Part shown: piece after piece, positions 26,607-36,069 of the stretch
Layout: the number at the start of each line of letters is the position of its first letter
How positions within the stretch are numbered: the first letter of the stretch is position 1
From: Anaerolineae bacterium
GTDB taxonomy: Bacteria > Chloroflexota > Anaerolineae > Fen-1058
NCBI GenBank assembly: GCA_003154115.1
Contig: PMCF01000171.1
Coordinates: 10,903 to 63,675, forward strand
Length of the DNA stretch: 52,773 nt
Direction: 5' to 3'
The notes under the pieces: generated by a model
The model's database searches: none
What the model was told of the DNA's origin: nothing
What the model saw: only the letters and a program-made list of their open reading frames with translations
Made by a program: the position numbers and the translations under genes

Positions 26607-28631
26607 TCACGGCTGACAACCGTAGCGGAAGACAAAATCGGCCTGCAACGACTGATTGTTAATCGCTGCCCCACCCGCCGGATAAACATCTTGCGTCGTC
26701 CGCCATAGTCCAAACGCGTTACCGGGTTGCGCGTCTGCTGACACGAGCGACATTCGATAATGTTTGCCCCGTGAGTCCGGCAGCGGATCGAAAGCGATTC
26801 GCAGCCATTGACTATCCGCAATGGTTGATCCCGGGATGGCCCGGTCAAACAATTGCTGATTGGCGTCCATGTCCCTGAAGCGCACATTCAAAGTGCTGGT
26901 GATGCCGCGGCCGTAGGTCGCCGGCAAAATCTCAAAGTAACTCAATCCGGCGCACTCGCTGGTGAAGGTCTGGAAATACTTGTGCCCCGGGGTGATCTCA
27001 CCATCAGGAACTTCTGCGCGGAAATCGACTTGCGGATATGACCTAGCATGAGGGCATTCCCGCGCCAATTCCGGAGAAATGTAAAATCCTTCTTCGACCT
27101 TTTGATAGTTAGCGTCAAGATAAGTTTTGAGCGGGGCCAGGTAGTTGTCGGCCCAATAGAGATTCCACAACGGAAATTGCCAGTCCACATAGACAACGGT
27201 CTTGCCCGATTGCAGCACTTGAATAACTTCCGGCAGCGCCACTTCCGCCACCCAGGGAAAGACATACAGGTATTTTGAGACAGGCGGTAAGCCTGTCAAG
27301 TAATTGAAGATGGGGTCGCCCGGATAGTATGCGAGCGACACATCCGGCTGCCCGCACGCTAGATCACGACGAATATAATCAGCCACAGCCGTGTCGTGAG
27401 CGAAACTACCTTCATAGGAAAGTTGTGGCTGATTCAGGCGGAGGGTATCCGCACTGCGCCACAACAACCAGGCAAAGCCGTATCCGATTACAACGCGTGC
27501 TGCCCAGGGCAGGCCGGTGCGCCCCAACCAGGAAAGAATAGTCTGAAAACGGCCCGCCTTTCCCGTGACCGACTGGGGCACAGCGCCAGCATCAAGGTTC
27601 CCAACAACTAACCAGATCGCTACGAAACTGGCGCTCAGCGCAAACGGCAGGAGGCGAAAGGTGAATTGGTTTATCGCCAGCAGCGCCACTGCGTACAGAT
27701 AAAGGTACCCAGCCAATACGAACCGCCGGCGCAGTAACAAAATAGCAGAGGCAAGCAGCATCGTTACGCGGAAAAGAAACCCGGCAAACAACCAGGATGC
27801 CATCGGCTCACTCCGGTATAGCGGCATAGATGGATCAGTGCGCCAGGCGATTCCTCCTAAATCGAGCGCGCTGCTGGCTAGTTTCAGCAGGTCAGTGATC
27901 CGTAACGGTTGCGTGTAAGCGTATTTGGCATACACCTCGGCGTTAAAGCGGATGGTGTCCAGATAGAATGCTTCTGCCGAACCGGAGGCCAGCAGATAAA
28001 GGCCGTATGCCCCCAGCGCGATGGCGATGACGCCGCCGACCACCAGAGTCCCTTTTAATCGGGCGGGTGATAAGGCCAGAAAAAGAAGCGCGCAGCCGAT
28101 GGGATAAATTGCTAGTGGATCGCTCAATACCGCAATGGTCGCGAAGACTCCCAGCGTTAGCAATTCCTTCCGGCCCGGCGTAATGCGCTTCCCGAGAATG
28201 GACACCATGATAATCAAGATGACGGCCAAGCTGACGCCGCTAAACCCGGTGTACAGCACAAAGTTGCTGTAGAAAAACAACCCGACAATGCTCCAGAGAA
28301 CGCCCAATAAGCCAATCAGCACAGAGTAACGCGTCAAGACCATGGCCCACGCCAACGCGCCGATTTGAAAGAGCAAGACCGAGAGACGGGCCACGGCAAT
28401 GGAAGGTCCGAACAGTCCGGCAACCGCTGACGCCCAATAATAAGCGAACGGAAAGTGATGCGAAAAAATGTCTCGATAGAGAACTGAGCCACGCGACAGC
28501 AGCAGGCCCATCACCAGGTTATCGCTCTCATCACCGAACGTTCCCCAGAACAGGGTAATAACGCCAATGCCAAAAGCAACAAGCAATAGTAGTCCGCCGA
28601 GCCAGTTTGCGCGCAACCAACGTTTTAGCAT
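26607..28631 (-). CDS. GT-C-like (PMT/ArnT-type) membrane glycosyltransferase with C-terminal beta-rich domain
   Basis: First loop 'FGDESDN...VLYRDIFSHHFPFAYY', about 11 TM segments, extracytoplasmic C-terminus. Confidence 0.65.
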   Translation of the reverse strand: MLKRWLRANWLGGLLLLVAFGIGVITLFWGTFGDESDNLVMGLLLSRGSVLYRDIFSHHFPFAYYWASAVAGLFGPSIAVARLSVLLFQIGALAWAMVLTRYSVLIGLLGVLWSIVGLFFYSNFVLYTGFSGVSLAVILIIMVSILGKRITPGRKELLTLGVFATIAVLSDPLAIYPIGCALLFLALSPARLKGTLVVGGVIAIALGAYGLYLLASGSAEAFYLDTIRFNAEVYAKYAYTQPLRITDLLKLASSALDLGGIAWRTDPSMPLYRSEPMASWLFAGFLFRVTMLLASAILLLRRRFVLAGYLYLYAVALLAINQFTFRLLPFALSASFVAIWLVVGNLDAGAVPQSVTGKAGRFQTILSWLGRTGLPWAARVVIGYGFAWLLWRSADTLRLNQPQLSYEGSFAHDTAVADYIRRDLACGQPDVSLAYYPGDPIFNYLTGLPPVSKYLYVFPWVAEVALPEVIQVLQSGKTVVYVDWQFPLWNLYWADNYLAPLKTYLDANYQKVEEGFYISPELARECPHARSYPQVDFRAEVPDGEITPGHKYFQTFTSECAGLSYFEILPATYGRGITSTLNVRFRDMDANQQLFDRAIPGSTIADSQWLRIAFDPLPDSRGKHYRMSLVSADAQPGNAFGLWRTTQDVYPAGGAAINNQSLQADFVFRYGCQP

Positions 28632-28748
28632 AGCTTAGGACGCCTCAGGACATTCACGCTTTTCTTCGTAGCGAGTGCCGGCCGGACTCATTGCCGGTGT
28701 TGCGTGCTCCACTGGGTCATCATTCTGATCGCCGGATCAACCTCACCA

Positions 28749-30371
28749 TCAAGACGCTGGGCGTACAGCGGAACTCAAGGGTAGACCTGAGATGAAATGG
28801 CACGCCCGCCCCAGGTCAGGCGACACGTAGAACCCTCGTCCCGCGTCTAGATAGTTCGCTTCCAGATAAGTCTTGAGCTCGGCCAGGTAATCAGCCGCTT
28901 GGTATCTTTCCCACAGCACGGCGTTCCAATCGACATAGACAATGACTTTGCCGGTAGATAAACTGTGCAAGACGTCGGGCAGCGCGACTTCGGCCACCCA
29001 CGGAAACAGATACAGGTATTTCGATACGGGCGGGAACCCGGTCAAATAATTGAAGGTCGGCTCGCCCGGATAATACGCCAGTGACACATCCGTCCGGCCG
29101 CAGGCCAGATCGTTGCGGAGGTAATCGACCACGCTCAGATGAAAGCCCAGATTACGTGCGTATGATAACTGCCGTTGGTCTTGCATTAGCGTATCGGCGC
29201 TGCGCAGCACCAACCATAGGAAACCGCAGCCGATCACACAGCGCGCCGTCCAGGGCAGAACGGTCAGTACCAACCAGTTCGCGCGCCTGGCGATGCGATC
29301 ACTTCGTGATGATTTCTGAACCGTCGTTTCGCCATCAAGATTGTCAAAGATCAGCCACAACCCTACGAATCCGGCGGTCATGATAAACGCCGTGCTGTAA
29401 AAAGAGCCTTGATTCATCGCCAGCAACGTCACCGCGGACAGATACACAAAGCCGGCCAGAACAAAGCGGCGGTGCAGCGCCAGAATCAAAGCGGCCAGCA
29501 CGATCGTCAAACGGAATAAGAAACCCACAAACAGCCATTCGTCGAGCTGCCCGCGTTTCAAGATCATGGACGGATCGACTTGCCAGGCTGGCCCGCCCAG
29601 GTTGAGGGCGGTGCCGGTCAACTTCACGATGTCGTTTAAGCGCAAGGGTGACAGCGAGGTGTACTTGCTATACACCTCGGCGTTGAAGCGAATGGCATCC
29701 TGATAGAAGGCTTCAAGCGAACCGGAGGCAAGCAGATAAACGGCGTACAGCCCCAGGCCAAGCGTCACGAACGCGCCCACCTTGCAGCTGGTCTTGAAAC
29801 GCGCCGGCGACAAGGCCAGGAAGATCAACACGCACAGGACGGGATAGATCGCCAGCGGATCGCTCAGCATCGCAATGAGGGCGAAGAAGGCCACTGTCAG
29901 CCAGGTCTTGCGATCAACCGGCCGGCGCTTGCTTAAGATCGACACCATGACCACAAAGATCACGGTCAAGGCAACGCCGCTGAACAGCGTGTAAAGCACA
30001 TAGTTGCTGTAAAAGAACAAGCCGACGATGCTCCACAGAATGCCGAGCAGGCCGATCGGGATGAAATAGCGCGTCAGAACCATCGCCCACGCCAACGAGC
30101 CAATTTGAAAGAGCAAGGCCGAAACGCGCGCCGCGGTAATAGACGGACCGAACAATCCGGTGACAACCGCCGCCCAATAATAGGCAAACGGGAAGTGATG
30201 CGAGAAAACGTCCCGATAGAGCACTGAGCCACGCGACAACATTAGCCCGACTGCCAGGTTGTCCCCTTCGTCGGCAAACGTTCCCCAAAACAGCGCGCTG
30301 AGGCCAATGCCCAGCGCAATCAGCAAGGCCAATCCGCCCAACCAGCTATCTTGCGGCCAGCGCTTCAACAT
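28749..30371 (-). CDS. GT-C-like (PMT/ArnT-type) membrane glycosyltransferase, paralog of 26607-28631
   Basis: 'FADEGDN...VLYRDVFSHHFPFAYYW'; same topology but lacks the last domain. Confidence 0.65.
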   Translation of the reverse strand: MLKRWPQDSWLGGLALLIALGIGLSALFWGTFADEGDNLAVGLMLSRGSVLYRDVFSHHFPFAYYWAAVVTGLFGPSITAARVSALLFQIGSLAWAMVLTRYFIPIGLLGILWSIVGLFFYSNYVLYTLFSGVALTVIFVVMVSILSKRRPVDRKTWLTVAFFALIAMLSDPLAIYPVLCVLIFLALSPARFKTSCKVGAFVTLGLGLYAVYLLASGSLEAFYQDAIRFNAEVYSKYTSLSPLRLNDIVKLTGTALNLGGPAWQVDPSMILKRGQLDEWLFVGFLFRLTIVLAALILALHRRFVLAGFVYLSAVTLLAMNQGSFYSTAFIMTAGFVGLWLIFDNLDGETTVQKSSRSDRIARRANWLVLTVLPWTARCVIGCGFLWLVLRSADTLMQDQRQLSYARNLGFHLSVVDYLRNDLACGRTDVSLAYYPGEPTFNYLTGFPPVSKYLYLFPWVAEVALPDVLHSLSTGKVIVYVDWNAVLWERYQAADYLAELKTYLEANYLDAGRGFYVSPDLGRACHFISGLPLSSAVRPAS

Positions 30372-30429
30372 AGGCTACCTACCGCGCGTTAGTCTACTGA
30401 TTGTGTCATTCGGCGTTGATCACTTCACG

Positions 30430-31707
30430 TTAGCCGTGGCGCGTCTGATACAGCTCGCGCCGCCAACGTAGATAACCACGCGCTTCACGCAGCACTGCCT
30501 TCGGCCCTTTGTGCCGCAGCACGCCCCACGCCTTGCCGATCAAATAAGCGCTTTGTGTTTCTGGCAGTGCTGTTGAGGTTTTCACCCGTTCGCGGCGCGA
30601 CGGATTACGACAGATGGCGTCCAACGGCTCGATCGTGCGATCCCACGTCAGGCGCTCGCGCACCAGGCGCTGCGCATTGCGGCTGTATTCCTGCACTCGA
30701 TCGGGCTGCTCGAAAACTTCGCTGACCGCCGCGTGCAGCGCAGCGTGATCATTCGGATCGATCGTCCACCCGGCGCGATATTCGCGGATGTAGCGGCTGA
30801 GTTCGGCGTAGTCGCTGTAAATCACCGGCAGGCCGCACCACAAATATTCCACCGTGCGCGTGGTGAAGGCGAGTTCGCGCTCGGGGTTGCGCGCCATCAG
30901 ATCGATGGCGACATGTGCGTGGCGGTAGGTCTCGATCAGTTCGTCGTGCGCCACCATCGGCTGCACCTGCACCCGTGGATGATGTTCCAACTGCGCACGC
31001 AGTTCTTCAAACAGGCCGGTATCCACCGGATAAACGGGATGCTTGCCGCCGAAAAATTTCAGGCGACCCTGATCGCGCTGCTGCAACTGCGTTAACACTT
31101 CCTGCAAGCCCGCGCGCGGATCCTGCCACGGCAAAAAAACGCCGCCATACACAAAAGTGATCTCGTCAGAAAATTCGTGCGACGGCAGCTCGGGCGACAA
31201 CGAGATGGGAATGGAACACACGCGCCCGTCGTCGAATTGAAAACCGGCCTGCATCAGCCACGGCAAAAAGTAGAGCCGTTGCAAATCGCCCGCGCAGGAA
31301 AAATAATCGGCCTTGCTCAGCGCCAGCCGTTTGGCGCGCGCATTTTCCTCAAAGCCACGAAAGGCCGCTTGATACTGGCGCTCCAACAAATGCGGCCCGT
31401 GCTGATCGAGCACCAGCGGAACGGGGCAGCGATGAATGTTGGCGGCGATGGGCCAGTTGCACGCGACGACCACCTCGGCTTGCGAGTGCGCGATCACATC
31501 AAGCAGCGTGCCTAACGTCCACGCCAAAGCCTGGGTCGCAGCATCAGCCGATCGGTCTTGCAAGGCCGCGGCCGGCATGGAGAAAGACACGTCGTGTCCA
31601 CGCGCCCGCAAGCCTTGTCCGATGCCCCACGCGCGCAGGCCAGCGCCGGTAGTGGGCCAACCGGGCAGCGGCAAAATATCGGAACTAATAATCAGAACGC
31701 GGCTCAT
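30430..31707 (-). CDS. GT4-like glycosyltransferase
   Basis: 'GAGLRAW', 'TRTVEYLWCGLPVI'; same subfamily as the two paralogs above. Confidence 0.8.
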   Translation of the reverse strand: MSRVLIISSDILPLPGWPTTGAGLRAWGIGQGLRARGHDVSFSMPAAALQDRSADAATQALAWTLGTLLDVIAHSQAEVVVACNWPIAANIHRCPVPLVLDQHGPHLLERQYQAAFRGFEENARAKRLALSKADYFSCAGDLQRLYFLPWLMQAGFQFDDGRVCSIPISLSPELPSHEFSDEITFVYGGVFLPWQDPRAGLQEVLTQLQQRDQGRLKFFGGKHPVYPVDTGLFEELRAQLEHHPRVQVQPMVAHDELIETYRHAHVAIDLMARNPERELAFTTRTVEYLWCGLPVIYSDYAELSRYIREYRAGWTIDPNDHAALHAAVSEVFEQPDRVQEYSRNAQRLVRERLTWDRTIEPLDAICRNPSRRERVKTSTALPETQSAYLIGKAWGVLRHKGPKAVLREARGYLRWRRELYQTRHG

Positions 31708-32918
31708 GCTTCAGGATGATGTTGCCAGGTTGAGGGTAGATAGAACGTGCCATACTTCTCATCGATGATCGGATTGGGCTCAACCCAGAACGGATAGAGC
31801 CGGTGCTGATGATCGAAGGGATGACGGCCGTCGTGATCGTACACCGCGGCCGTAAACTCGTACGCGCCCGGCAACAGATTCAACTCGGCCACACAATAAT
31901 CAACCGAACCCGCACCCTCAATCGCCGAGATGGGGAAATTGGCAAGTTGCGTGTTCGGGCCATTGACGTGCGTGTCGTCGTCACGATGGATCGCCACGCC
32001 GAACATCGGATCTTCCACGCGACGTGCCGCCTGATAGTGCAGGCGCGCCGTAAAAGCCTCGCCGGTGCGGAAACGCGGCACGGCGTGCCCGGCCTGATCC
32101 AGAAATTCCACCCGCGTAATCTCGACTTCGCGCGAACCCCAGCGATGCGTATCCTTCTGTTGATCGTTGCGCACGCGAGCATAGGCCATCTGCTCCATGT
32201 AAGCGGTGACCACGTTATCGGCCTCGTCGAAAGCGACCATGCGCCCATCTTCAATCCATAAGGCCTGCCGGCACAAGTGGCGCACCATGTCGGCGTTGTG
32301 TGACACAAAGAGGACTGTCACGCCGTTGTCCTGCAAGATCTGGATGCGTTCAATGCACTTCTGTTGAAAACTCGCATCGCCGACGGCAAACACTTCGTCG
32401 ATCAGCAAGACGTCGGCTTCCGCGTAAATCGCTACCGCAAAGGCCAGACGCAAATACATGCCTGACGAATACGCCTTCACCGGCACATCGATAAAGCGCT
32501 CGATCTCAGAAAAAGCGACGATCTCGTCGAAGCGCTGCTGCATGACCGCGCGGGGAATGCCCACCAGGGAGCCGTACAGAAACACATTCTCACGCCCGGT
32601 GAGATCCGGATGAAACCCGACGCCCAGCTCCAATAGAGCCGACACGCGCCCGTGAGTGCGCACCACGCCCGACGTCGGATCGATCACCCGCGCGCACAGC
32701 TTCAACAGCGAGCTTTTTCCGGCGCCATTCTGGCCCACGACACCCAACGACGATCCCGCGGGCAGGCTGAAGCTCACGTCACGCAGGACCCAGACATCTT
32801 CAACCTGGTGATGACTGCGACGCAGCGTCCGCATAAAGCGCTCTTGCAGGGAGCGGGGACGTTCCGGCTCAATCCGGAAGCATTTTGAAACGTGTTCAAA
32901 TGTAACAGCCGATTTCAC
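31704..32918 (-). CDS. wzt: Polysaccharide ABC exporter ATP-binding subunit with C-terminal Wzt_C domain
   Basis: Walker A GQNGAGKS, signature YSSGM, Walker B LLIDE, 'GFHPDLTGREN', C-terminal Ig-like extension; GTG 32918 follows GGAG. Confidence 0.9.
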   Translation of the reverse strand: MKSAVTFEHVSKCFRIEPERPRSLQERFMRTLRRSHHQVEDVWVLRDVSFSLPAGSSLGVVGQNGAGKSSLLKLCARVIDPTSGVVRTHGRVSALLELGVGFHPDLTGRENVFLYGSLVGIPRAVMQQRFDEIVAFSEIERFIDVPVKAYSSGMYLRLAFAVAIYAEADVLLIDEVFAVGDASFQQKCIERIQILQDNGVTVLFVSHNADMVRHLCRQALWIEDGRMVAFDEADNVVTAYMEQMAYARVRNDQQKDTHRWGSREVEITRVEFLDQAGHAVPRFRTGEAFTARLHYQAARRVEDPMFGVAIHRDDDTHVNGPNTQLANFPISAIEGAGSVDYCVAELNLLPGAYEFTAAVYDHDGRHPFDHQHRLYPFWVEPNPIIDEKYGTFYLPSTWQHHPEA

Positions 32919-32967
32919 ACTCAACTCCAACACCGCACCGCAAACGTGATCAACGCCTAACTGACGA

Positions 32968-33000
32968 GAACAGGTGACCTTGACAGCAGGTCACCCGTTC
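32968..33000 (-). promoter_or_regulatory. 13-bp-stem hairpin in the 5' leader of the wzt operon
   Basis: Minus strand GAACGGGTGACCT-7 nt-AGGTCACCTGTTC (one G-U pair), starting just after the predicted transcription start. Confidence 0.45.
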
Positions 33001-33011
33001 AAGCGGCGCGG

Positions 33012-33040
33012 ATTATAGTGCAAGGCCAACCCTTTGTCCA
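33012..33040 (-). promoter_or_regulatory. Sigma70-type promoter of the wzt-led operon
   Basis: TGGACA-17 bp-TATAAT on the minus strand. Confidence 0.7.
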
Positions 33041-33057
33041 GCAAAGTGCCCTGCTCG

Positions 33058-34578
33058 TTAGCGGAACAGCGCGGGCAGATAAACCTGGTGCGTACTGACC
33101 AGCGCCCAGCCAATCGCAAGGTTGTTGTTTTCATCCGTCTCGATGATGCTATGCGTCGAATCCACTTCGACGTAGAATTCGTGCAAGCCGGGTGATGAGA
33201 CGGTCCACGTCATACTGACTGTCGCAGCGCCTCCGCAACCGCTCAAGCCGCGCGGAATTTGCGCCTGCCCGATCGGCACGCCGGTGCCCGGCGGCCCATC
33301 ATAAAACGTTACCGTGAAGGGCACGCTAACCGAAATGTTGCCTTGATTGCCCACCGTCGCCTTCAGCATAAACGGGACAGGCTGTCCGGCCCACGGTGCA
33401 GCACTGCTGTCCGCCACGACATTCAAATCGACCGCGGGAGGTTGCTGAGTGGTATACGCGGCAAACGCCTGCCCCAACGGATTCAGGGCATGGGTATTGG
33501 TGTAAAACAGAATGCCGCCATAATTTATATCGTCAGAGCTATACCAGGACCAACGCTGCACTAAGCGTCCGCCGTCAGCACGATATCCAATATTGGGATC
33601 GACCAGCGTGCGTAGAATGTCGAACGTGTCGAGCATAAACGTTGCCGTGCGCGCCTCGGTCATCGGCACGCCGTTTTCATCCACATAAGGGTCGCCATCG
33701 ATGTAAGGCGGATAAGGAAACAACGTGCCATATTCGGTGATAAGCAGCGGCACATCGCGATAGCCATTGCGCGCCAGCCACTGGCGAAAATCGATCAGGC
33801 GCTGGCGGAAAATCCCCACATCAAACATTTGCGAGTAAGAGTACAACTTGCCGCGGGTGGCATTGATACCCGGCGGCACATACGCGCCCCATACTTCAAG
33901 CGATCCACCGTTATCGATCGCATCAGGATCATCGGAGGTGATCTCGCGCAGGATGTAGGAATGGGTATTCCACAGATCAGCGGGCAGGGTTTGGCTATAG
34001 TTGGCCCGATAGGCAGCCAACACCCGATCGAGATACTGAAAGCGGAGCGGCGTAGGCTGCACGATACCGCCCGCGCCAATCCTGGCAGTCGGATCGTAAC
34101 TTTTGATCAAACCATAGAGATGATGATAGGCCCGCGCGTACAATTCCGGTACCATGTTATCTTGCATGGGGCTATCCGGCTCATTGCCGATCAGCCAGGT
34201 AGCGCCTGGGTTCGCGAACACGGCGGCCTGCAAAGTGGCCGTGGGGGGCGAGAAGGTGAAGCCGTCGATGGCGGTTTGAACACGCACCACTTGCACATAG
34301 TCCGTCTGGCTAGGATGTGTTGGCGTAATGGTCGTGTGCCAATCCAAATACCAACCTAAGTTCAGAGCAGCCACATTGTAATCGACTGGTCCGCCCGCCC
34401 CCATCCCAAACCGGCAATTGGGATAGGCCGCACTTGCGCCGAGAGCCACCGGCGCGATCGAGCGGGCGTAGGCCGATTGGACGTCCGGGGCCCTCAACAA
34501 GCCGATGGCGACCGTTACGCCCAACGCGCTTAATCCGACAATCAGGCTGATCCGTTTGAGTAAAGTAGGTACCATCAC
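33058..34578 (-). CDS. Exported clan GH-A glycoside hydrolase-like protein with C-terminal CARDB-like domain and 'VYLPALFR' tail
   Basis: Signal peptide; 'WLIGNEPD' and 'LITEYG' putative catalytic glutamates; 'VGNQG...VDSTHSIIETDENNN' CARDB pattern. Confidence 0.7.
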   Translation of the reverse strand: MMVPTLLKRISLIVGLSALGVTVAIGLLRAPDVQSAYARSIAPVALGASAAYPNCRFGMGAGGPVDYNVAALNLGWYLDWHTTITPTHPSQTDYVQVVRVQTAIDGFTFSPPTATLQAAVFANPGATWLIGNEPDSPMQDNMVPELYARAYHHLYGLIKSYDPTARIGAGGIVQPTPLRFQYLDRVLAAYRANYSQTLPADLWNTHSYILREITSDDPDAIDNGGSLEVWGAYVPPGINATRGKLYSYSQMFDVGIFRQRLIDFRQWLARNGYRDVPLLITEYGTLFPYPPYIDGDPYVDENGVPMTEARTATFMLDTFDILRTLVDPNIGYRADGGRLVQRWSWYSSDDINYGGILFYTNTHALNPLGQAFAAYTTQQPPAVDLNVVADSSAAPWAGQPVPFMLKATVGNQGNISVSVPFTVTFYDGPPGTGVPIGQAQIPRGLSGCGGAATVSMTWTVSSPGLHEFYVEVDSTHSIIETDENNNLAIGWALVSTHQVYLPALFR

Positions 34579-36026
34579 GGGTTATAGTGGATATAGATGG
34601 GATTGCGATCGACCATTAATTTGATCTTGCCGTCGATGACGCCGTCACTGGCATCGGTGAGAATCTGCAAGCTGCCCGTTAAATGATCGGTCACACCGAT
34701 CTTGGCGTCGTTCACGGTATAGTGAGCCGAAGAAGTACAATCGGTAGGCAGAGTACCTATGCCAACCACCAGGCTAGGGCAATCGTACCAGATCACGTCG
34801 ACGCGTTCTGGACTGGATGTGCCGACTTTGTCGGTGAAGACGTAGCCTTCCAGATAGGACGAGCGAGTTTCGGCGAAGGTGAGCGGCCGATCATAGCGCG
34901 CTGCGTGCAGCTGCTCATTGAGGCGCACCAGCGCGTAATAGCTTGGGCGCGGCTGATAGGCGTTTTCTGCACCGTCCAACAAGCCGGGCTGATCAGGATC
35001 GACGTCGGTCATGGCATACCAGTTAGTCATCAGCAGGTTGGCCGCGGCGCCGCGTATCATGGTCTTGGGCACATAGCGCGCCTGAACCGCCTCCCCGCCC
35101 CAATCTGTAGGCGGTCGCGGAGAAACGACCCAACTGGTTTCGGTGCTCATCACGGGACGCGAGTAACCGTGCGCGGCCAGCATCTGCCGAAAACCGGCGG
35201 CCTTGCCAATGATGTCGCGCCCGTACTTTTCCCAGTTCGCCCGATAGACAGGATAGTAATGGAAATTGCCGATGTCAAAGCAGGTCCCCGTGCAGGCGGT
35301 GAGCATGTCATTCAAGAAATTGCGATCGAAGCTGCCGCCTTCGTCGGTAAACCAATCCAGCGCAATGCCGCCCATAACCACCTGTGCCTGGGGATTGGCG
35401 CTCTTAATGGCCGAATACGCCGCCTTTAAGTGCGCGGCGTACACTGCCCCCTGCCTGCCAAAGTTGGAGATATTATCCGGCTCGTTGTAGATTTCCCAGT
35501 AATGCACTTGCGGATAGCGGGCCGCCACTGCGCCGACAAACTCCTGAAAATCGGCCAGGTTGTTTACCGGCCCGTGAGGTTGGGCAGACGCCCACGTCGG
35601 ATTGCCTTCCAGGGTCACCACCAGGTTCACGCCGGCCGTGACCGCGTTGCTAATATTTTTATCCAGCGTCTCCCACTGGTAAAACTCCGGCGTGGTGTTA
35701 GTTGGCTCAATGTCAAACCAGGACACGCGCAGCCGCATCCAGCGCACGCCGGCAGCGACCGCATAGTCATAGCCCTTCTCCGCATCCAACCGATCATACA
35801 TCTGTACCGCCCAGGGGCCATACGGGCCGCTGGTATCATGGTTGGCTATTAAGGGCAACCAGGTCGTGTAAGTCAAGGCACTCGTGTTAACCTGAGAGCG
35901 AATCACGGGGCTCTTAACGCTGCTATCTAGCTGAGCCGCCACCGGACGAGTCAGCCAGAAGAAACCCGCGGCCAACAACACCAGGCTGGCAAACATCATC
36001 TTGAACCGATTATTTATCACTGCCAT
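34575..36026 (-). CDS. Exported GH39/GH5-like (clan GH-A) glycoside hydrolase with N-terminal 'TWLPLIA' motif
   Basis: Signal peptide; 'GVRWMR...W..IEP', 'WEIYNEPD', 'FHYY', 'STETSW'. Confidence 0.75.
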   Translation of the reverse strand: MAVINNRFKMMFASLVLLAAGFFWLTRPVAAQLDSSVKSPVIRSQVNTSALTYTTWLPLIANHDTSGPYGPWAVQMYDRLDAEKGYDYAVAAGVRWMRLRVSWFDIEPTNTTPEFYQWETLDKNISNAVTAGVNLVVTLEGNPTWASAQPHGPVNNLADFQEFVGAVAARYPQVHYWEIYNEPDNISNFGRQGAVYAAHLKAAYSAIKSANPQAQVVMGGIALDWFTDEGGSFDRNFLNDMLTACTGTCFDIGNFHYYPVYRANWEKYGRDIIGKAAGFRQMLAAHGYSRPVMSTETSWVVSPRPPTDWGGEAVQARYVPKTMIRGAAANLLMTNWYAMTDVDPDQPGLLDGAENAYQPRPSYYALVRLNEQLHAARYDRPLTFAETRSSYLEGYVFTDKVGTSSPERVDVIWYDCPSLVVGIGTLPTDCTSSAHYTVNDAKIGVTDHLTGSLQILTDASDGVIDGKIKLMVDRNPIYIHYNP

Positions 36027-36069
36027 GAAATATCATCACCTCGTAGAAAGATGTACGTGAACGGATTGT

